From NCBI GenBank assembly GCA_044070495.1, contig JBIPSI010000019.1, positions 44,646-108,645 of the forward strand: DNA of 64,000 nt, in the 5' to 3' direction. This DNA comes from Spirulina sp. Its GTDB lineage: Bacteria; Cyanobacteriota; Cyanobacteriia; Phormidesmidales; Phormidesmidaceae. A model generated the notes under the pieces. That model saw only the letters and a list, made by a program, of their open reading frames with translations. It made no database searches and was not told where the DNA came from. Shown one piece after another: positions 61,053 through 64,000 of the stretch. Every line of letters starts with the position of its first letter. Within the stretch, counting starts at the first letter, position 1. Position numbers and translations under genes: made by a program.

Positions 61053-61365
61053 CATTCAAAAATCCTGTGAGTTTATCGGTGAATTTACAGATGGCCAAGA
61101 TTTTGAAGGTTATCGAAATAATCGCCTCCTAAAATCTGCCGTAGAGCGTCAGTTTATCACCATTGGTGAAGCATTGAATCAAGCGATTAGGCGTAATCCA
61201 GACCTAGTTTCATATATTTCTAATACCCGTAAGATCATTGATTTCCGTAACCTTCTGACCCATCAATATGGTGCTGTTTCAGATGCCGTTGTTTGGGATA
61301 TTATCCAAACTAACCTACCTAAACTTATGGATGAAGTGACTCAACTCTTGGGTGCAGCATTATGA
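61021..61365 (+). CDS. HEPN/DUF86 (HepT-like) RNase toxin
   Basis: AVERQFITIGEA, FRNLLTHQY (RxxxxH), VWDII. Confidence 0.88.
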   Translation: METEIQKYLYDIQKSCEFIGEFTDGQDFEGYRNNRLLKSAVERQFITIGEALNQAIRRNPDLVSYISNTRKIIDFRNLLTHQYGAVSDAVVWDIIQTNLPKLMDEVTQLLGAAL

Positions 61366-63332
61366 TCTTCCTCGAACTCACCCTAGAAAACGTTGGTCCC
61401 TACCACGGTCGCCATACCCTCAACCTGCGCCCCCAAGACGGTCGCCCCATCATCCTCATCGGTGGGCTAAATGGCGGTGGCAAAACCACCCTGATGGATG
61501 CCCTACGCCTCGCCCTCTACGGCCAACGCGCCCACATTGACCGCCGTCGCAACCTAGCCTATGCCGACTTTTTGGCCCAGTGCATCAACAACCAGGCCGC
61601 CCCCGAATCCAGCGCCGCCGTCGAACTAACCTTTGAGCGTGTGATCTACATCAGCGGCATCGAAAAGCTGGGGCAAGTGCGGGTACGGCGCACCTGGCAA
61701 CGAGGCACAAAAGACACTCTTACCATCGAGCTAGACGGCTGGCCCAACGAATACCTCACCCAAAACTGGGATGAGCAGGTCGAAGATTGGCTACCCCTGG
61801 GGCTTTCTAACCTATTTTTGTTTGATGGCGAACAGGTTAAAGCTTTGGCCGAGCAAGACACCCCACCCCCCAGCGTGGTCAGCGCCATTCGGGCCGTGTT
61901 GGGCCTAGAACTAGCGGATCGCCTTGCCAACGACCTGGCGGTTTTGGTCAGCCGCAAACGGGCCGAACTCGGCGACACCGCCGCCCAGCAACAGGTCGAT
62001 AGCCTGCGCCACCAGATCACCCAGGTCGATCTCGATTTAGCCTCGGAAGCCAACCTCCTCGAACAGCACGAAGCCAACCTGAAAGCCGCCGAAACGGCCC
62101 TCAGCGAGGCTGAAGACCGCTTTTTTGCCGGGGGCGGGCACATCACCGAACAGGCCGAACCCCTTCAGCAGCAAGTCAAAACCTGGCGCACTGAGATCAA
62201 AATTCAAACCCAAGCCCTCCATGACCTAGCGGCCTCAGCCTTGCCCTTGGCCATGGTTCAGAATTTGCTGATGGCCGGAGCCGCCCAGGGGCAACGGGAA
62301 CAAGCCCAGCAAAAAGCCGACATTGCCCGCGAAGCCCTCCTTGACCACGACCAGCGCCTCTTAGATCTGCTGGGCCAGCTTAAGCTCAAACCAACCCAGC
62401 AGCAAAAAATCCAGGCGTTTATCCAGCAAGAAACCCAAAGCCTCAGCCCCATTGCCAGCGCTGAACCCTGGCTGGCAGCCTCCGACGACAGCTTGGCTCA
62501 GCTCAGCCATATGCTTCAGCACCAGATCGCCACCGAGCAACACCTCACCCGCACCCACATCAACACCCTGCAACGGCTTAACGACGACATCGATGCCCAA
62601 GAAGCCAAGCTTGCCAAGGCAGCCTCCGCCGAAGATTACGAAGCCCTCAAGTCGGCCCGTAGTGCGGCCAAAACCCATTTACAAGAATGCCAGATGACCC
62701 TAGAAATCCATCGTCGCCGCTATGGTGAGTTAGAACGGCAGCGGCAAACCCTCCAGAAAAGCCTGAGCCGCCACGGCAACGACGCCATCGCCGAAAGCCA
62801 GACCCACATTTTGCTAGAAACCGCCCCCAGGGTGCAGGCCACCCTCACCGCCTTCCAGGAAAAATTGACCGAGAAAAAACTAGCCACCCTAGAAACCCAA
62901 GTCACCCAATACTTCAAACTGCTGCTGCACAAGGCCAGCCTGGTCAGCCAGGTGATGATTGATCCCACCACCTTTCGGCTTGATCTCTACGACACCGAAG
63001 GCTCCCCGCTCCCCATTCAACGCCTCTCTGCCGGAGAAAAGCAGCTTCTTGCTATTGCCTTCCTCTGGGGCTTAGCCAGTACCTCCGGGAAGCAACTTCC
63101 GGTGGCCATCGATACCCCCCTCGGACGGCTCGACTCCGAACACCGCAACCACCTAGTCGATCGCTACTTTCCCCAAGCCAGCCACCAGGTCATCCTGCTC
63201 TCTACCGATACCGAAATTCGCGCCGAAGAAGTGGAGCGATTGCGAGAGGCAGAGGCCATTGCCCGTGAGTATTTGCTGGAGTACGATCCAAAGCAGCGGC
63301 AGACTGCCGTGGTATCGGGGTATTTCTGGTAA
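61362..63332 (+). CDS. dndD: DNA sulfur modification protein DndD
   Basis: GGLNGGGKTT, LFLFDGEQ, LSAGEKQLLAIAFLWGL, IDTPLGRLDSEHR, SHQVILLSTDTEI, terminal GYFW. Confidence 0.92.
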   Translation: MIFLELTLENVGPYHGRHTLNLRPQDGRPIILIGGLNGGGKTTLMDALRLALYGQRAHIDRRRNLAYADFLAQCINNQAAPESSAAVELTFERVIYISGIEKLGQVRVRRTWQRGTKDTLTIELDGWPNEYLTQNWDEQVEDWLPLGLSNLFLFDGEQVKALAEQDTPPPSVVSAIRAVLGLELADRLANDLAVLVSRKRAELGDTAAQQQVDSLRHQITQVDLDLASEANLLEQHEANLKAAETALSEAEDRFFAGGGHITEQAEPLQQQVKTWRTEIKIQTQALHDLAASALPLAMVQNLLMAGAAQGQREQAQQKADIAREALLDHDQRLLDLLGQLKLKPTQQQKIQAFIQQETQSLSPIASAEPWLAASDDSLAQLSHMLQHQIATEQHLTRTHINTLQRLNDDIDAQEAKLAKAASAEDYEALKSARSAAKTHLQECQMTLEIHRRRYGELERQRQTLQKSLSRHGNDAIAESQTHILLETAPRVQATLTAFQEKLTEKKLATLETQVTQYFKLLLHKASLVSQVMIDPTTFRLDLYDTEGSPLPIQRLSAGEKQLLAIAFLWGLASTSGKQLPVAIDTPLGRLDSEHRNHLVDRYFPQASHQVILLSTDTEIRAEEVERLREAEAIAREYLLEYDPKQRQTAVVSGYFW

Positions 63333-63402
63333 AGGGTGGTGAGAGGGTGAGGATGGTGGGGGAGTGAGGATGGTGGGGTGGGGTGGATGGTGGGGGAGTG
63401 GG
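63333..63402 (+). repeat. Degenerate G-rich short tandem repeats (GGGTGAGGA/GGATGGTGGGG)
   Basis: AGGGTGGTGAGAGGGTGAGGATGGTGGGGGAGTGAGGATGGTGGGG... Confidence 0.75.
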
Positions 63403-63801
63403 TTAGGGTTTGGCGGGGTTGGGGACTGTCCAGGCTTTGGAGTTTCGGGTGAGGTTGATGAGCATACCGATGATGCGGTCGTAGGTTTTGAGGAGGTTTG
63501 CTCCGGTGGTTGCATCCAGATACTGACAACGAATGGCAAAGTGAATCCAGGTCTGGGTTTCTGCAGCTTCAGCCGTAGAATCCGATAGCTTGGCCACGAA
63601 GGAAGCTTCATAAATGCGCTTTCGCCATGCTTCAGCCAAATTGGCACAAATAGAGCGAGAAGACCGCCGAATTTGATCAGTCAGTGAATATCGCTCTTCG
63701 ACCGGGAATTTTCTAGACAGCTCAAAAATCTGCATCGCTGCTTCAAAGGCAACCTGATAAATCTCCAAATCCTCATGCCGCCGCACCACCCCGTTGTCCA
63801 T
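63403..63801 (-). CDS. Four-helix-bundle protein (23S rRNA IVS protein / TIGR02436-like)
   Basis: HEDLEIYQ...FPVEERYSLTDQIRRSSRSICANLAEAW...EAAETQTW. Confidence 0.9.
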   Translation of the reverse strand: MDNGVVRRHEDLEIYQVAFEAAMQIFELSRKFPVEERYSLTDQIRRSSRSICANLAEAWRKRIYEASFVAKLSDSTAEAAETQTWIHFAIRCQYLDATTGANLLKTYDRIIGMLINLTRNSKAWTVPNPAKP

Positions 63802-63848
63802 CTCAACTCACCCTTCCCTAGACACCCCCCCCTATCATTCCCACCCTT

Positions 63849-64000
63849 CTCACCCCCCTCACCCTCCTCACCCCCCTCACCTTCCTCACCCCCCTCACCC
63901 TCCTCACCCCCCTCACCCTCCTCACCACCCTCACCCTCCTCACCCCCCTCACCCTCCTCATCACCCTCACCCTCCTCACCACCCTCACCCTCCTCACCAC
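63849..64000 (+). repeat. 9-bp tandem repeat array (CTCACCnyC)n, about 17 units, continuing past the window edge
   Basis: Alternating CTCACCCCC/CTCACCCTC units with variants (18-bp higher-order period). Confidence 0.95.

Noticed and set aside
63818..64000. 60-aa ORF MVRRVRVVRR...
   Set aside because: It is the translation of the 9-bp tandem repeat, not a credible gene.
63849..64000. Possible CRISPR array
   Set aside because: Contiguous 9-bp units with no unique spacers, and no cas genes in the window.

Overview
Chromosomal window (about 55-60% GC by eye) from a cyanobacterium, most similar in style to filamentous Leptolyngbya/Nodosilinea-type genomes. The first ~49 kb is mostly core cyanobacterial genes: GST, gun4, minDE, guaA, DUF3143/DUF3119/DUF3086, sat, ArsA/GET3, petL, a surface-polysaccharide cluster, grxD-bolA, an S8 protease, hemA, glpX and a CHASE2 cyclase. 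A small insertion at ~13.4-16.2 kb carries an R-M methyltransferase remnant and a DUF4157 effector-like gene, and is bounded by a recoded duplicate of the DUF3086 3' end. From ~49.2 kb to the end lies a DNA-phosphorothioation (dnd)-associated defence island. In order, it holds a translationally coupled PLD-SF2 helicase / small protein / CxC-hook SMC-like ATPase module with dnd-associated protein 4, and an AT-rich cassette with a stand-alone SBD-like protein plus an SBD-HNH nuclease. These are followed by an XRE regulator, what looks like only the 3' end of dndC, a stack of toxin-antitoxin cassettes and dndD. The island ends with an antisense four-helix-bundle gene enclosed by mutually complementary 9-bp repeat arrays. 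No rRNA, tRNA or CRISPR array was recognised. All family calls are from motif recognition by eye, not from database searches.
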